A DNA stretch of 64,000 nucleotides from Escherichia coli (GCF_965641715.1 NZ_OZ282453.1), one strand, 5' to 3'. Shown: positions 40,905 to 51,752, counted from the first letter of the stretch. The notes: generated from the letters alone by a model not told the origin. Numbers and translations are program-made.

Positions 40905-41417
40905 TCAGCCAAGCCCAAGCGCGGAACGGATACGGTCAGGCACAATGTCCTTGCCGTCCTTCCGGTAGATGAAGTTCAGCAGGTCAATCTCCCACAACGG
41001 GCGATCGTTAACACTCAGCTTGTAGTAGGTGTTTTTAATGGCGTAAGTGTGTGATGTGGCTTCGCCCTGTTTGGCTTCCCCCATATCAATTTCCGTCACA
41101 CGTCCGCGCATTTCGACTTCATACAGGTCGCTTTCTGCATCGGTGTAGTATTCACCCGCAAAACGCAGCAGCGTGCCGTCAATCGTGCCGCCATACTTAA
41201 GGAACAGCTCACGAACTGCGCCCCCCATGACAAAGCTCGCATCAAGCGCGGAGTCGTCCAGACCGAGATCAATACTTACCGCACCCATCATGCCGCCACC
41301 CCGGTAGCTGTCGGTTTTGCGCGTCAGCTTAGGCAGAGTGACGGACGTCACCTTACCCACTTCGTTTTCACCATCCACAAACAGCGTAAAAAAGCGAAGA
41401 TGTTTTGGCACAGCCAT
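40905..41417 (-). CDS. Tail tube protein (FII)
   Basis: 170 aa directly downstream of the sheath gene. Confidence 0.85.
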   Translation of the reverse strand: MAVPKHLRFFTLFVDGENEVGKVTSVTLPKLTRKTDSYRGGGMMGAVSIDLGLDDSALDASFVMGGAVRELFLKYGGTIDGTLLRFAGEYYTDAESDLYEVEMRGRVTEIDMGEAKQGEATSHTYAIKNTYYKLSVNDRPLWEIDLLNFIYRKDGKDIVPDRIRSALGLG

Positions 41418-42601
41418 CAGGCACCTCCCAGCACCGCAAATGCGGGTTCAAAGTATTCATCAGTAAACGTCTGGTAAAGCTCCATGTCTTCCAGTGGCGG
41501 AACGGGCGTATATTTGTAGCGAATACGCACGCGCCCCTGACGTAAATCCGTGGTGCTGTTATCCACCACGTCATACCAGCACTCCGCGCCAATCAGTTTC
41601 CCGGCAGTAACCAGTGAATCCAGTTTTGCCCTGATGGCACTGATAACATCCTTCACGTTCGCAGGCGTCAGTGGACTGTCGATGGTTTCAAACTGCGCTT
41701 CCGCAATTGAATCAGCCAGCACCTGTGCGGTTCGGGTATACACCTCAAAGATGTAGGCGTTCGTTTCCGGTGTGCGGTTGCCCCAGAAGCGGAACCCGTT
41801 GCGACGAATAATGGTCGTGATTTCTTTGTTGTTGAGGCTGTTGGCATCGCTGTCTTCGGCCTGCAACGACCAGAACACATGCTTCGACATCCCCAGCACA
41901 TTTTTAACCGGAACGTTGGACAGTGATTTGTGCCACCCCTGCTCATGGTCAATGTACGCACGAAGGCCGCACGCATAGGCAGGTGCGGGGAACGTTTCGT
42001 TTTTGCCACTTTTCGGGTTGTAGGCGATGAAGTCCGGCCATAAGAGCATCACCTCACGTTCGTTGAATTTCTGGCGGTAGGTAATCGCCTCAGCCATCGT
42101 GTTACAGCCGTGACATGAGGCATACACAAACGCGCGCAGTTTACCCGCAATCACGCACAGGGATTTTGTTACAGCCTCCGTGTCCAGCTCCGGCGCGGCC
42201 AGAATACGCGGACGGTATCCGATGCTTTCATCCTGCTCTGCAACAAGCAGCGCATACATCCCCGTATAGCTGCCGTCAGATTCAGAACCACCGATAACCA
42301 GTTGATCCTGCGTCTTTCCGTCTTCTTCTTTGTGTTCAGCCACGCGAACGACGATCACCTTTGTGCTCACCTGGTCTGCGATGGCCTTAAGCGCACGATA
42401 AAGCGTCCCCGTTGTCCCGCATTTTCCCAGCACGTCATTGACGCGGGTCAGCAGTGTGGGCTTGTTCAGCGGGAACAGCTTCGCGTCCGCATCATCCGCC
42501 GTTGCCACGATACCGATAACGCTGGAATCAACATCGTTAATCGCTGTTACCAGGTCGGTATTTTCCGTAACACGGGCACCATGAAAACGAGTTTCACTCA
42601 T
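41417..42601 (-). CDS. Tail sheath protein (FI)
   Basis: 394 aa; motifs such as LRAFVYASCHGC, GWHKSLSNV, IRRNGFRFWGNRT and YTPVPPLE match P2 FI as recalled. Confidence 0.9.
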   Translation of the reverse strand: MSETRFHGARVTENTDLVTAINDVDSSVIGIVATADDADAKLFPLNKPTLLTRVNDVLGKCGTTGTLYRALKAIADQVSTKVIVVRVAEHKEEDGKTQDQLVIGGSESDGSYTGMYALLVAEQDESIGYRPRILAAPELDTEAVTKSLCVIAGKLRAFVYASCHGCNTMAEAITYRQKFNEREVMLLWPDFIAYNPKSGKNETFPAPAYACGLRAYIDHEQGWHKSLSNVPVKNVLGMSKHVFWSLQAEDSDANSLNNKEITTIIRRNGFRFWGNRTPETNAYIFEVYTRTAQVLADSIAEAQFETIDSPLTPANVKDVISAIRAKLDSLVTAGKLIGAECWYDVVDNSTTDLRQGRVRIRYKYTPVPPLEDMELYQTFTDEYFEPAFAVLGGA

Positions 42602-42626
42602 AGCTTCAGCCCCTTGTATCCGTTAA

Positions 42627-43868
42627 ATGATTCGGCAACAATCATCACCCACCACGCGCGTAATCTCACCCCTGCGCCGTTCTCCCGCCACGGCGACAAC
42701 AAAAAGCAGTAACCCCCTCCGCACGCACATGCGACCATGCCGCACAGGGAGGGAGCAGATGACCGACACCACCATGCAATTGCTCAGTCAGGGCACAGAC
42801 CCCGTGAAAATGCCGGATTTTGATATTCTCGCGGAGGGTAAAACGCTGTCAGGCGTGGCAGAGCGCCTGATGAGCCTGTCAGTGACCGACAACCGGGGAT
42901 TTGAAGCGGACCAGCTCACCATCACGCTGGATGATGCGGATGGTCAGTTGCAGCTACCGCCACGGGGCGCGCGCCTGACGGTTCTCATTGGCTGGAAAGG
43001 AGAACCGCTGACAGAAAAAGGCACTTACATTGTTGATGAAATCGCTCACGAAGGACCGCCGGACAGGCTGACTGTTTCAGCCAGAAGCGCAGATTTTCGG
43101 GATGAATTTAACGTTAAACGTGAGGTGTCCTGGCATGATGTGACCGTTGAGCGTGTGGTATCCGCCATCGCTCATCGGTACGGTCTGAAACCGCAAATCA
43201 GCGAAATGCTGATGGATATCGAAATCGACCACGCCGACCAGACCGAAGAAAGCGACATGTCCTTTCTTACGCGCATGGCGGAAATGCTGGGCGCAATCAC
43301 CACGGTAAAAAGCGGTAATCTGTTATTCATTATGCCAGGCGGTGGCGTGAACGCACAGGGCCAGCCGTTGCCCTCGTTCGCCATCACGCGCAGCAGTGGC
43401 GATCGCCATCAGTTCCGCATTGCTGACCGCGAAGCGTATACGGGGGTACGCGCTTACTGGCTTGATCTTAATTACGGGAAAAAGAAAAAAGTCAGCGTGA
43501 AACGCCGCAAACCGCCAAAACCCAAAAAGGAGAAAAGCAGCAGCCGTGAAGGTGATTATATGGAAGGTGCGGAAGGCAATGTGTTTGTGTTACGCAAGAC
43601 TTATCAGAACGAGCAGGCAGCAAGACGCGCAGCGGCGGCAAAGTGGCAGCAACTACAACGCGGAGCCGCATCATTCTCCATCACGCTGACACGTGGACGA
43701 GCAGAACTCTACCCCGAAATGCATGGCACGGTAACAGGATTTAAAAGCGAGATTGATAATCAGGACTGGATTATTGCGAAAGCCGAGCACACCATTGATA
43801 ACAGTGGCTTTACCACGCAGCTTGAGCTTGAAGCAAAAATCCCGGAATGGATAGCAGAAACAGAGTGA
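42627..43868 (+). CDS. Tail/late control protein D
   Basis: gpD-family features; the true start is probably an internal Met near 42759; divergent from the FI gene. Confidence 0.8.
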   Translation: MIRQQSSPTTRVISPLRRSPATATTKSSNPLRTHMRPCRTGREQMTDTTMQLLSQGTDPVKMPDFDILAEGKTLSGVAERLMSLSVTDNRGFEADQLTITLDDADGQLQLPPRGARLTVLIGWKGEPLTEKGTYIVDEIAHEGPPDRLTVSARSADFRDEFNVKREVSWHDVTVERVVSAIAHRYGLKPQISEMLMDIEIDHADQTEESDMSFLTRMAEMLGAITTVKSGNLLFIMPGGGVNAQGQPLPSFAITRSSGDRHQFRIADREAYTGVRAYWLDLNYGKKKKVSVKRRKPPKPKKEKSSSREGDYMEGAEGNVFVLRKTYQNEQAARRAAAAKWQQLQRGAASFSITLTRGRAELYPEMHGTVTGFKSEIDNQDWIIAKAEHTIDNSGFTTQLELEAKIPEWIAETE

Positions 43869-43910
43869 GCAACTTAGAATAGCGGCAGCACCACGTTAAG
43901 GGAGGTCGCT

Positions 43911-44171
43911 ATGTTCCGTTGTCCGCTTTGTGGCGCATCTGCCCGTATCCGCACCAGTCGTCCGGAAAATGATTCAAACACCGTGCGGCAAAAGTATTAC
44001 CAGTGTAACAATCTGGAATGCGGCGTATGCTTCTCAACACTGGAAGCTTTCCATAAATTCACATCGAAACACGCCTCCGGCGTTCACTCTTCAGAAGGTA
44101 TCCCGTGGCATGAGCTGCCAGCTTCACACAGGGGAAACAATCAGATGAGTTTGCCTTTATCTCAGAATTAA
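43911..44171 (+). CDS. ogr: Late transcription activator, Ogr/Delta zinc-finger family
   Basis: MFRCPLCGASARIRTSR...YYQCNNLECGVCF has the four-Cys Ogr signature. Confidence 0.85.
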   Translation: MFRCPLCGASARIRTSRPENDSNTVRQKYYQCNNLECGVCFSTLEAFHKFTSKHASGVHSSEGIPWHELPASHRGNNQMSLPLSQN

Positions 44172-44259
44172 CAGGCAGAATTGCCGGAGTAACAAAAAAG
44201 CGATAGATTACGCGCGGGTGCCTTTCGGCTGATGGTCGGAGGGAATACCCGAAGGCCAG

Positions 44260-44496
44260 ATGTGGAAAGGCCCCGGAAAACATTTCTGTTTAACCGAGGC
44301 CCTAACACTTCTTACCTTCGCAAGTAGAAGGTTAGCGCCTCTCCTCTCAGGAGACAAGCGTTATGACGCAAATTCCGTTAAAAACCCTGTTACTTTGCAT
44401 AACTGCGGTAGCGATAATCTGGATCCTCCACACATCACCGTGCGAGTTACGATTCAGGTTTGCTGGCACGGAAATTGCGGCATTCTTACTATGTAA
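44260..44496 (+). CDS. Putative mok-like overlapping frame of the hok locus
   Basis: 78-codon frame that starts upstream of, and overlaps almost all of, the hok-like ORF in another frame, as mok does in hok/sok loci. Confidence 0.35.
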   Translation: MWKGPGKHFCLTEALTLLTFASRRLAPLLSGDKRYDANSVKNPVTLHNCGSDNLDPPHITVRVTIQVCWHGNCGILTM

Positions 44497-44503
44497 TAAG
44501 TAA
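44363..44503 (+). CDS. Hok/Gef-family type I toxin (46 aa)
   Basis: MTQIPLKTLLLCITAVAIIWILHTSPCELRFRFAGTEIAAFLLCNK: single TM helix then the Hok signature C-E-hydrophobic-R...G..E-hydrophobic-A-A-F. Confidence 0.65.
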   Translation: MTQIPLKTLLLCITAVAIIWILHTSPCELRFRFAGTEIAAFLLCNK

Positions 44504-44591
44504 GATAACCGCGACGGGGGAGTAATCCCCCGTCAATCGGTTGCTAAGGTTGGTCGAAACGGCATCCTATCTCACAGACATGAACAACAAA

Positions 44592-44623
44592 CCCGCAGCG
44601 TAAAAACTGCGGGTTTTCTTTTT
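44592..44623 (+). terminator. Rho-independent terminator downstream of the hok locus
   Basis: CCCGCAGCGTAAAAACTGCGGG hairpin followed by a T-rich run. Confidence 0.5.
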
Positions 44624-44670
44624 GCTACCCTCACAAATGAGGGCACCATACATAAGCAATAGGCATAACA

Positions 44671-44705
44671 GATCGATGCAATAAATCCGATCGATAAAAA
44701 CGATC
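44671..44705. promoter_or_regulatory. Cluster of three GATC (Dam) sites upstream of com-methyltransferase
   Basis: GATC at about 44671, 44689 and 44702 within 35 bp, some 50-80 bp upstream of the com-like start. Confidence 0.45.
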
Positions 44706-44752
44706 GATTTGTTATCATATCGGCAGCAGTAACCACACAAGAGGTGCCGCAA

Positions 44753-44950
44753 ATGACGCAAAATGTACGATGCAAAAATTGCAACAAACTACTTGCCCGC
44801 GCCTCATTTCACTACATTGAAATAAAATGTCCGCGCTGCAAAACACTTAACCAGATAACGAGAGCCATCGAGCACCCCACACACATGAGGAGTTATGACC
44901 GTGGGGATCGCAATCCAGCACCAACCAGCACATACGCCAGAACACACTAA
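44753..44950 (+). CDS. Com-like zinc-finger translational regulator
   Basis: MTQNVRCKNCNKLLARASFHYIEIKCPRCKTLNQ...EHPT resembles phage Mu Com as recalled; 3' end overlaps the methyltransferase start; track ORF starts at GTG 44744. Confidence 0.75.
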   Translation: MTQNVRCKNCNKLLARASFHYIEIKCPRCKTLNQITRAIEHPTHMRSYDRGDRNPAPTSTYARTH

Positions 44951-45701
44951 GGTTTATCAGACTGACAATGTCACGCTCTGTTGTGGGAATGCACTGGAAA
45001 TATTGCCGCTGATTGAGCCAGAAAGCATTGATGCCTTAATCACTGACCCGCCTTACAGTTCGGGTGCGACACACAAGGCCGGACGCACCAATCAGGGCAG
45101 CCATGCAAAATATCTGAACGGCGAGAACCTTCACCGCTTTGATGGGTTCGCGGGTGAAAACATGGACGCCCGTTCGTGGGCTTACTGGACACAATTATGG
45201 ATGGCACAGGCACACCGCGCAGTCAGGCCAGGCGGTTATGCCATGGTATTTACTGACTGGCGACAACTACCAGCTTTAACCGATGCGTTTCAGGCCAGTG
45301 GCTTTACATGGCGCGGCATCATTGCGTGGAACAAGGGGAGGGGGTCACGAACACCACATACCGGGTATTTCCGGCATCAGTGCGAATACATCGTCTGGGG
45401 CAGCAAAGGCCATTTAGATAAATCGCCTTCGGGGCCGTTCGACGGCTGCATGACGTACCCGGTTATCCCGTCAAAGAAAATGCACCCGACCGGAAAACCA
45501 GAAGAACTAATGGCGGAACTGGTCAGGACTGTGAATAGTGGCGGAACAGTCCTTGATCCTTTTATGGGGTCAGGGACAACGGGTGTGGCTGCACTGAAAG
45601 CAGGGCGAAAATTTATTGGTATAGAAACCAGTGATCATTATTTTGAGGTAGCAGCGCAGCGGCTTCGGGGGACTATTACCACAACCATTTCGGCTACATA
45701 A
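44895..45701 (+). CDS. DNA methyltransferase with DPPY motif (N6-adenine or N4-cytosine), no restriction partner seen
   Basis: 268 aa; N-terminal ...ESIDALITDPPYSS... catalytic motif and C-terminal FMGSGTTGVAA AdoMet-binding motif; start overlaps com. Confidence 0.85.
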   Translation: MTVGIAIQHQPAHTPEHTKVYQTDNVTLCCGNALEILPLIEPESIDALITDPPYSSGATHKAGRTNQGSHAKYLNGENLHRFDGFAGENMDARSWAYWTQLWMAQAHRAVRPGGYAMVFTDWRQLPALTDAFQASGFTWRGIIAWNKGRGSRTPHTGYFRHQCEYIVWGSKGHLDKSPSGPFDGCMTYPVIPSKKMHPTGKPEELMAELVRTVNSGGTVLDPFMGSGTTGVAALKAGRKFIGIETSDHYFEVAAQRLRGTITTTISAT

Positions 45702-45802
45702 GACAAAGCCCGCATTTTTTGCGGGCTTGTATATCATTACTGATGTGGACAGTTTGTGGATGTTTATAAGAAATAAGCTAATAGAAACAATTTGTTAGCT
45801 TT

Positions 45803-45829
45803 ACAAAAAACGCGCCCGAAGGCGCGTTG
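45803..45829. repeat. Prophage attR direct repeat, coincident with the raiA terminator
   Basis: ACAAAAAACGCGCCCGAAGGCGCGTTG; forms a perfect GCGCC-TTCG-GGCGC hairpin plus T-run on the minus strand after raiA. Confidence 0.6.
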
Positions 45830-45851
45830 GCGATACACTCAATATAAAGGA

Positions 45852-46247
<396 letters not shown>

Positions 46248-46463
46248 TCAAAATGTGTGATGGAAATCTCATAATTTTGTCACTTTTTGTCAACGAATCT
46301 TTTTTGTGAGAAATCGCAGGAAGAGGTGTTTTTTTACTTGAGGAATATCTCAAAGCGAGCCATATTTGATGAGATCGATAGTGACTAAATCGCTTCAGTT
46401 TCACAACTGACAGAATAAAAAAACGGCAGCTCAAGGGCTGCCGTTTTGTGTTTCAGGTTTCTG

Positions 46464-47201
46464 TTATGTATTGCTGCTGTTTGCGGCGATGATTTTCGCT
46501 ACTTTTTCAGCTTGCGCATTCATCTGCATCTGACGGTATGCATTTTCCATCAGCGGCAGCGCATCACGCGTAGCCTGGGTATCCGGGTAGTCGCGCAACA
46601 TGCCTTCTACGCGGTTAACGACGGCAACCCATGCGCCACGTTCTGTATAGTACTCGGCCACGGAGTATTCATATTTCGCCAGACGATCTTTCAGGAATAC
46701 CAGACGTTTGGTGGCATCGGTGGTGTACTGACTGTTTGGATAGCCGCGCACCAGTTTGGAAAAGTCACTAAACGCAGCTCGTGCATGTTGAGGATCGCGA
46801 TCGCTACGGTCAACGCCAAAGAACCCTTGCAGCGCACTGTCATCCAGCGCCATATTGGTCAGGCCACGCATGTACATGACATAATCGATATTCGGATGGG
46901 TCGGGTTAAGGCGAATAAAACGATCGATGGCAGCCTGCGCTAACGGCAAATCGGCGTTTTTATAGTAGGCGTAGATGAGATCCAGCTGCACCTGCTGCGA
47001 ATACGGACCAAACGGATAGCGATTATCTAACGCTTCCAGTTGCGTTATTGCCTGTCTCCAGTTACCGTCCTGCAGCTTTTGTTGTGCAGTCGCGTAAATT
47101 TCATTTGGCGGATTATCAGGTACTTCTTCCTTTGACCCCGAGCAACCCGCCAAAAACAGGCTTAGTGTGGCGGCTGCCACCAGATATTTCATGCGCGTCA
47201 T
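46464..47201 (-). CDS. bamD: Outer-membrane protein assembly factor BamD
   Basis: 245 aa lipoprotein (LFLAGCSG) with TPR-like repeats. Confidence 0.9.
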
Positions 47202-47335
47202 GACGTTTTGACTTTCCTCAAAATGTAATACGGGAGATTCTCTGTTCCTGCTCCCGGTTAAGACCAGCTACAATAGCACACTATATTAAACGGCAAAGCC
47301 GTAAAACCCCAACGATAAACGAAGAAGCAGTATAT

Positions 47336-48316
47336 ATGGCACAACGAGTACAGCTCACTGCAACGGTGTCCGAAAACCAACTCGGTCAACGCTTAGATCA
47401 GGCTTTGGCCGAAATGTTCCCGGATTATTCACGTTCGCGAATAAAAGAATGGATCCTCGACCAGCGCGTGCTGGTTAACGGCAAACTTTGTGATAAGCCG
47501 AAAGAAAAAGTATTGGGTGGCGAGCAGGTTGCCATCAACGCAGAGATTGAAGAAGAAGCGCGTTTTGAACCGCAGGATATCCCGCTGGATATCGTCTATG
47601 AAGATGAAGACATCATCGTCATTAATAAACCGCGCGACCTGGTGGTTCATCCTGGCGCGGGTAACCCGGATGGCACGGTACTGAATGCGTTGCTTCATTA
47701 TTATCCGCCTATTGCCGATGTACCGCGTGCGGGCATCGTCCATCGTCTGGATAAAGACACCACTGGCCTGATGGTTGTGGCAAAAACCGTTCCGGCTCAG
47801 ACGCGTTTAGTCGAATCTTTGCAAAGGCGTGAAATTACTCGTGAGTACGAAGCGGTGGCGATTGGTCATATGACCGCTGGCGGTACGGTGGATGAGCCAA
47901 TCAGTCGCCACCCGACCAAACGTACTCACATGGCGGTGCATCCGATGGGCAAACCAGCGGTGACTCACTATCGCATCATGGAACACTTCCGTGTGCACAC
48001 GCGTCTGCGGTTGCGTCTGGAAACTGGACGTACGCACCAGATCCGCGTGCATATGGCCCATATCACTCATCCGCTGGTGGGCGATCCGGTTTATGGTGGC
48101 CGTCCGCGTCCGCCAAAAGGTGCTTCGGAAGCGTTTATCTCCACGCTGCGTAAATTTGACCGCCAGGCGCTTCATGCAACCATGCTGCGTCTTTATCACC
48201 CGATCTCCGGTATCGAAATGGAATGGCATGCGCCTATTCCACAAGATATGGTGGAGCTGATTGAGGTGATGCGCGCCGATTTCGAAGAGCATAAAGATGA
48301 AGTGGACTGGTTATGA
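47336..48316 (+). CDS. rluD: 23S rRNA pseudouridine synthase RluD
   Basis: 326 aa with N-terminal S4-like domain and RluA-family catalytic region (HRLDKDTTGLMVVAKT). Confidence 0.9.
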   Translation: MAQRVQLTATVSENQLGQRLDQALAEMFPDYSRSRIKEWILDQRVLVNGKLCDKPKEKVLGGEQVAINAEIEEEARFEPQDIPLDIVYEDEDIIVINKPRDLVVHPGAGNPDGTVLNALLHYYPPIADVPRAGIVHRLDKDTTGLMVVAKTVPAQTRLVESLQRREITREYEAVAIGHMTAGGTVDEPISRHPTKRTHMAVHPMGKPAVTHYRIMEHFRVHTRLRLRLETGRTHQIRVHMAHITHPLVGDPVYGGRPRPPKGASEAFISTLRKFDRQALHATMLRLYHPISGIEMEWHAPIPQDMVELIEVMRADFEEHKDEVDWL

Positions 48317-49044
48317 GTAAGCTGATTGTCCCGCAGTGGCCGCTGCCAAAAGGTGTTGCGGCCTGTAGCTCTACTCGTATCGGCGGCGTGAGCTTGCCCC
48401 CGTATGACTCGCTCAACCTCGGTGCCCATTGTGGCGATAACCCGGATCACGTTGAGGAGAATCGCAAGCGACTTTTTGCTGCGGGCAATTTGCCTTCTAA
48501 ACCGGTCTGGCTTGAGCAGGTACACGGCAAAGATGTGCTTAATCTTACTGGCGAACCTTATGCCTCAAAACGAGCAGATGCCTCTTATAGCAATACGCCC
48601 GGCACGGTTTGCGCAGTGATGACTGCCGACTGCCTCCCTGTGCTGTTTTGCAATCGAGCGGGAACGGAAGTCGCCGCCGCTCATGCTGGCTGGCGTGGAC
48701 TGTGCGCAGGCGTGCTGGAAGAGACAGTTTCCTGTTTTGCTGATAATCCAGAAAATATTCTCGCCTGGTTAGGGCCGGCAATTGGTCCACGCGCGTTCGA
48801 AGTGGGGGCGGAGGTTCGCGAGGCGTTTATGGCAGCAGACGCCAAAGCGAGTACAGCTTTCATTCAGCATGGTGATAAGTATCTGGCGGATATTTATCTG
48901 CTTGCCCGGCAGCGTCTGGCGAGCGTTGGTGTTGAACAAATTTTCGGCGGCGACCGTTGTACATATACGGAAAATGAGACTTTCTTCTCTTATCGTCGCG
49001 ACAAGACCACCGGGCGTATGGCAAGTTTCATTTGGCTGATATAA
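48313..49044 (+). CDS. yfiH: Purine nucleoside phosphorylase / laccase-domain protein YfiH (PgeF)
   Basis: 243-aa ORF overlapping the rluD stop. Confidence 0.85.
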   Translation: MSKLIVPQWPLPKGVAACSSTRIGGVSLPPYDSLNLGAHCGDNPDHVEENRKRLFAAGNLPSKPVWLEQVHGKDVLNLTGEPYASKRADASYSNTPGTVCAVMTADCLPVLFCNRAGTEVAAAHAGWRGLCAGVLEETVSCFADNPENILAWLGPAIGPRAFEVGAEVREAFMAADAKASTAFIQHGDKYLADIYLLARQRLASVGVEQIFGGDRCTYTENETFFSYRRDKTTGRMASFIWLI

Positions 49045-49106
49045 CCTAAAGAATCAAGACGATCCGGTACGCGTGATTTTCTTTTCACATTAATCTGGTC
49101 AATAAC

Positions 49107-49134
49107 CTTGAATAATTGAGGGATGACCTCATTT
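49107..49134 (+). promoter_or_regulatory. Putative sigma32 heat-shock promoter of clpB
   Basis: CTTGAA (-35) and CCTCATTT (-10-like) with about 14-bp spacing, roughly 40 bp upstream of clpB. Confidence 0.4.
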
Positions 49135-49173
49135 AATCTCCAGTAGCAACTTTGATCCGTTATGGGAGGAGTT

Positions 49174-51747
49174 ATGCGTCTGGATCGTCTTACTAATAAA
49201 TTCCAGCTTGCTCTTGCCGATGCCCAATCACTTGCACTCGGGCACGACAACCAATTTATCGAACCACTTCATTTAATGAGCGCCCTGCTGAATCAGGAAG
49301 GGGGTTCGGTTAGTCCTTTATTAACATCCGCTGGCATAAATGCTGGCCAGTTGCGCACAGATATCAATCAGGCATTAAATCGTTTACCGCAGGTTGAAGG
49401 TACTGGTGGTGATGTCCAGCCATCACAGGATCTGGTGCGCGTTCTGAATCTTTGCGACAAGCTGGCGCAAAAACGTGGTGATAACTTTATCTCGTCAGAA
49501 CTGTTCGTTCTGGCGGCACTTGAGTCTCGCGGCACGCTGGCCGACATCCTGAAAGCAGCAGGGGCGACCACCGCCAACATTACTCAAGCGATTGAACAAA
49601 TGCGTGGAGGTGAAAGCGTGAACGATCAAGGTGCTGAAGACCAACGTCAGGCTTTGAAAAAATATACCATCGACCTTACCGAACGAGCCGAACAGGGCAA
49701 ACTCGATCCGGTGATTGGTCGTGATGAAGAAATTCGCCGTACCATTCAGGTGCTGCAACGTCGTACTAAAAATAACCCGGTACTGATTGGTGAACCCGGC
49801 GTCGGTAAAACTGCCATCGTTGAAGGTCTGGCGCAGCGTATTATCAACGGCGAAGTGCCGGAAGGGTTGAAAGGCCGCCGGGTACTGGCGCTGGATATGG
49901 GCGCGCTGGTGGCTGGGGCGAAATATCGCGGTGAGTTTGAAGAACGTTTAAAAGGCGTGCTTAACGATCTTGCCAAACAGGAAGGCAACGTCATCCTGTT
50001 TATCGACGAATTACATACCATGGTCGGCGCGGGTAAAGCCGATGGCGCAATGGACGCCGGAAACATGCTGAAACCGGCGCTGGCGCGTGGTGAATTGCAC
50101 TGCGTAGGTGCCACGACGCTTGACGAATATCGCCAGTACATCGAAAAAGATGCTGCGCTGGAACGTCGTTTCCAGAAAGTGTTTGTTGCCGAGCCTTCTG
50201 TTGAAGATACCATTGCGATTCTGCGTGGCCTGAAAGAACGTTACGAATTGCACCACCATGTGCAAATTACTGACCCGGCAATTGTTGCAGCGGCGACGTT
50301 GTCTCATCGCTATATTGCTGACCGTCAGCTGCCGGATAAAGCCATCGACCTGATCGATGAAGCAGCATCCAGCATTCGTATGCAGATTGACTCAAAACCA
50401 GAAGAACTCGACCGACTCGATCGCCGTATCATCCAGCTCAAACTGGAACAACAGGCGTTAATGAAAGAGTCTGATGAAGCCAGTAAAAAACGTCTGGATA
50501 TGCTCAACGAAGAACTGAGCGACAAAGAACGTCAGTACTCCGAGTTAGAAGAAGAGTGGAAAGCAGAGAAAGCATCGCTTTCTGGTACGCAGACCATTAA
50601 AGCGGAACTGGAACAGGCGAAAATCGCTATTGAACAGGCTCGCCGTGTGGGTGACCTGGCGCGGATGTCTGAACTGCAATACGGCAAAATCCCGGAACTG
50701 GAAAAGCAACTGGAAGCCGCAACGCAGCTCGAAGGCAAAACTATGCGTCTGTTGCGTAATAAAGTGACCGACGCCGAAATTGCTGAAGTGCTGGCGCGTT
50801 GGACGGGGATTCCGGTTTCTCGCATGATGGAAAGCGAGCGCGAAAAACTGCTGCGTATGGAGCAAGAACTGCACCATCGCGTAATTGGTCAGAACGAAGC
50901 GGTTGATGCGGTATCTAACGCTATTCGTCGTAGCCGTGCGGGGCTGGCGGATCCAAATCGCCCGATTGGTTCATTCCTGTTCCTCGGCCCAACTGGTGTG
51001 GGGAAAACAGAGCTTTGTAAGGCGCTGGCGAACTTTATGTTTGATAGCGACGAGGCGATGGTCCGTATCGATATGTCCGAGTTTATGGAGAAACACTCGG
51101 TGTCTCGTCTGGTTGGTGCGCCTCCGGGATATGTTGGTTATGAAGAAGGTGGCTACCTGACCGAAGCTGTGCGTCGTCGTCCGTATTCCGTCATCCTGCT
51201 GGATGAAGTGGAAAAAGCGCATCCGGATGTCTTCAACATTCTGTTGCAGGTACTGGATGATGGGCGTCTGACTGACGGGCAGGGGAGAACGGTCGACTTC
51301 CGTAATACGGTTGTCATTATGACCTCTAACCTCGGTTCCGATTTGATTCAGGAACGCTTCGGTGAACTGGATTATGCGCATATGAAAGAGCTGGTGCTCG
51401 GTGTGGTAAGCCATAACTTCCGTCCGGAGTTCATTAACCGTATCGATGAAGTGGTGGTCTTCCATCCGCTGGGCGAACAGCACATTGCCTCGATTGCGCA
51501 GATTCAGTTGAAACGTCTGTACAAACGTCTGGAAGAACGTGGTTATGAAATCCACATTTCTGACGAGGCGCTGAAACTGCTGAGCGAGAACGGTTACGAT
51601 CCGGTCTATGGTGCACGTCCTTTGAAACGTGCTATCCAGCAGCAGATCGAAAACCCGTTGGCACAGCAAATACTGTCTGGTGAATTGGTTCCGGGTAAAG
51701 TTATTCGCCTGGAAGTTAATGAAGACCGGATTGTCGCCGTCCAGTAA
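49174..51747 (+). CDS. clpB: Chaperone disaggregase ClpB (Hsp100)
   Basis: Two AAA+ modules (GEPGVGKT and GPTGVGKT Walker A motifs) and a middle coiled-coil domain; start at [10 protein letters not shown] (49174). Confidence 0.95.
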
Positions 51748-51752
51748 TGATA

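Larger units (their letters stand above)
9839..45829. mobile_element. Integrated P2-like temperate prophage (~36 kb)
   Basis: Bounded by 27-bp direct repeats; contains integrase, C repressor, replication protein A, portal/terminase, capsid, lysis, baseplate, tail fibre, sheath/tube, D and Ogr in P2-like arrangement. Confidence 0.9.
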
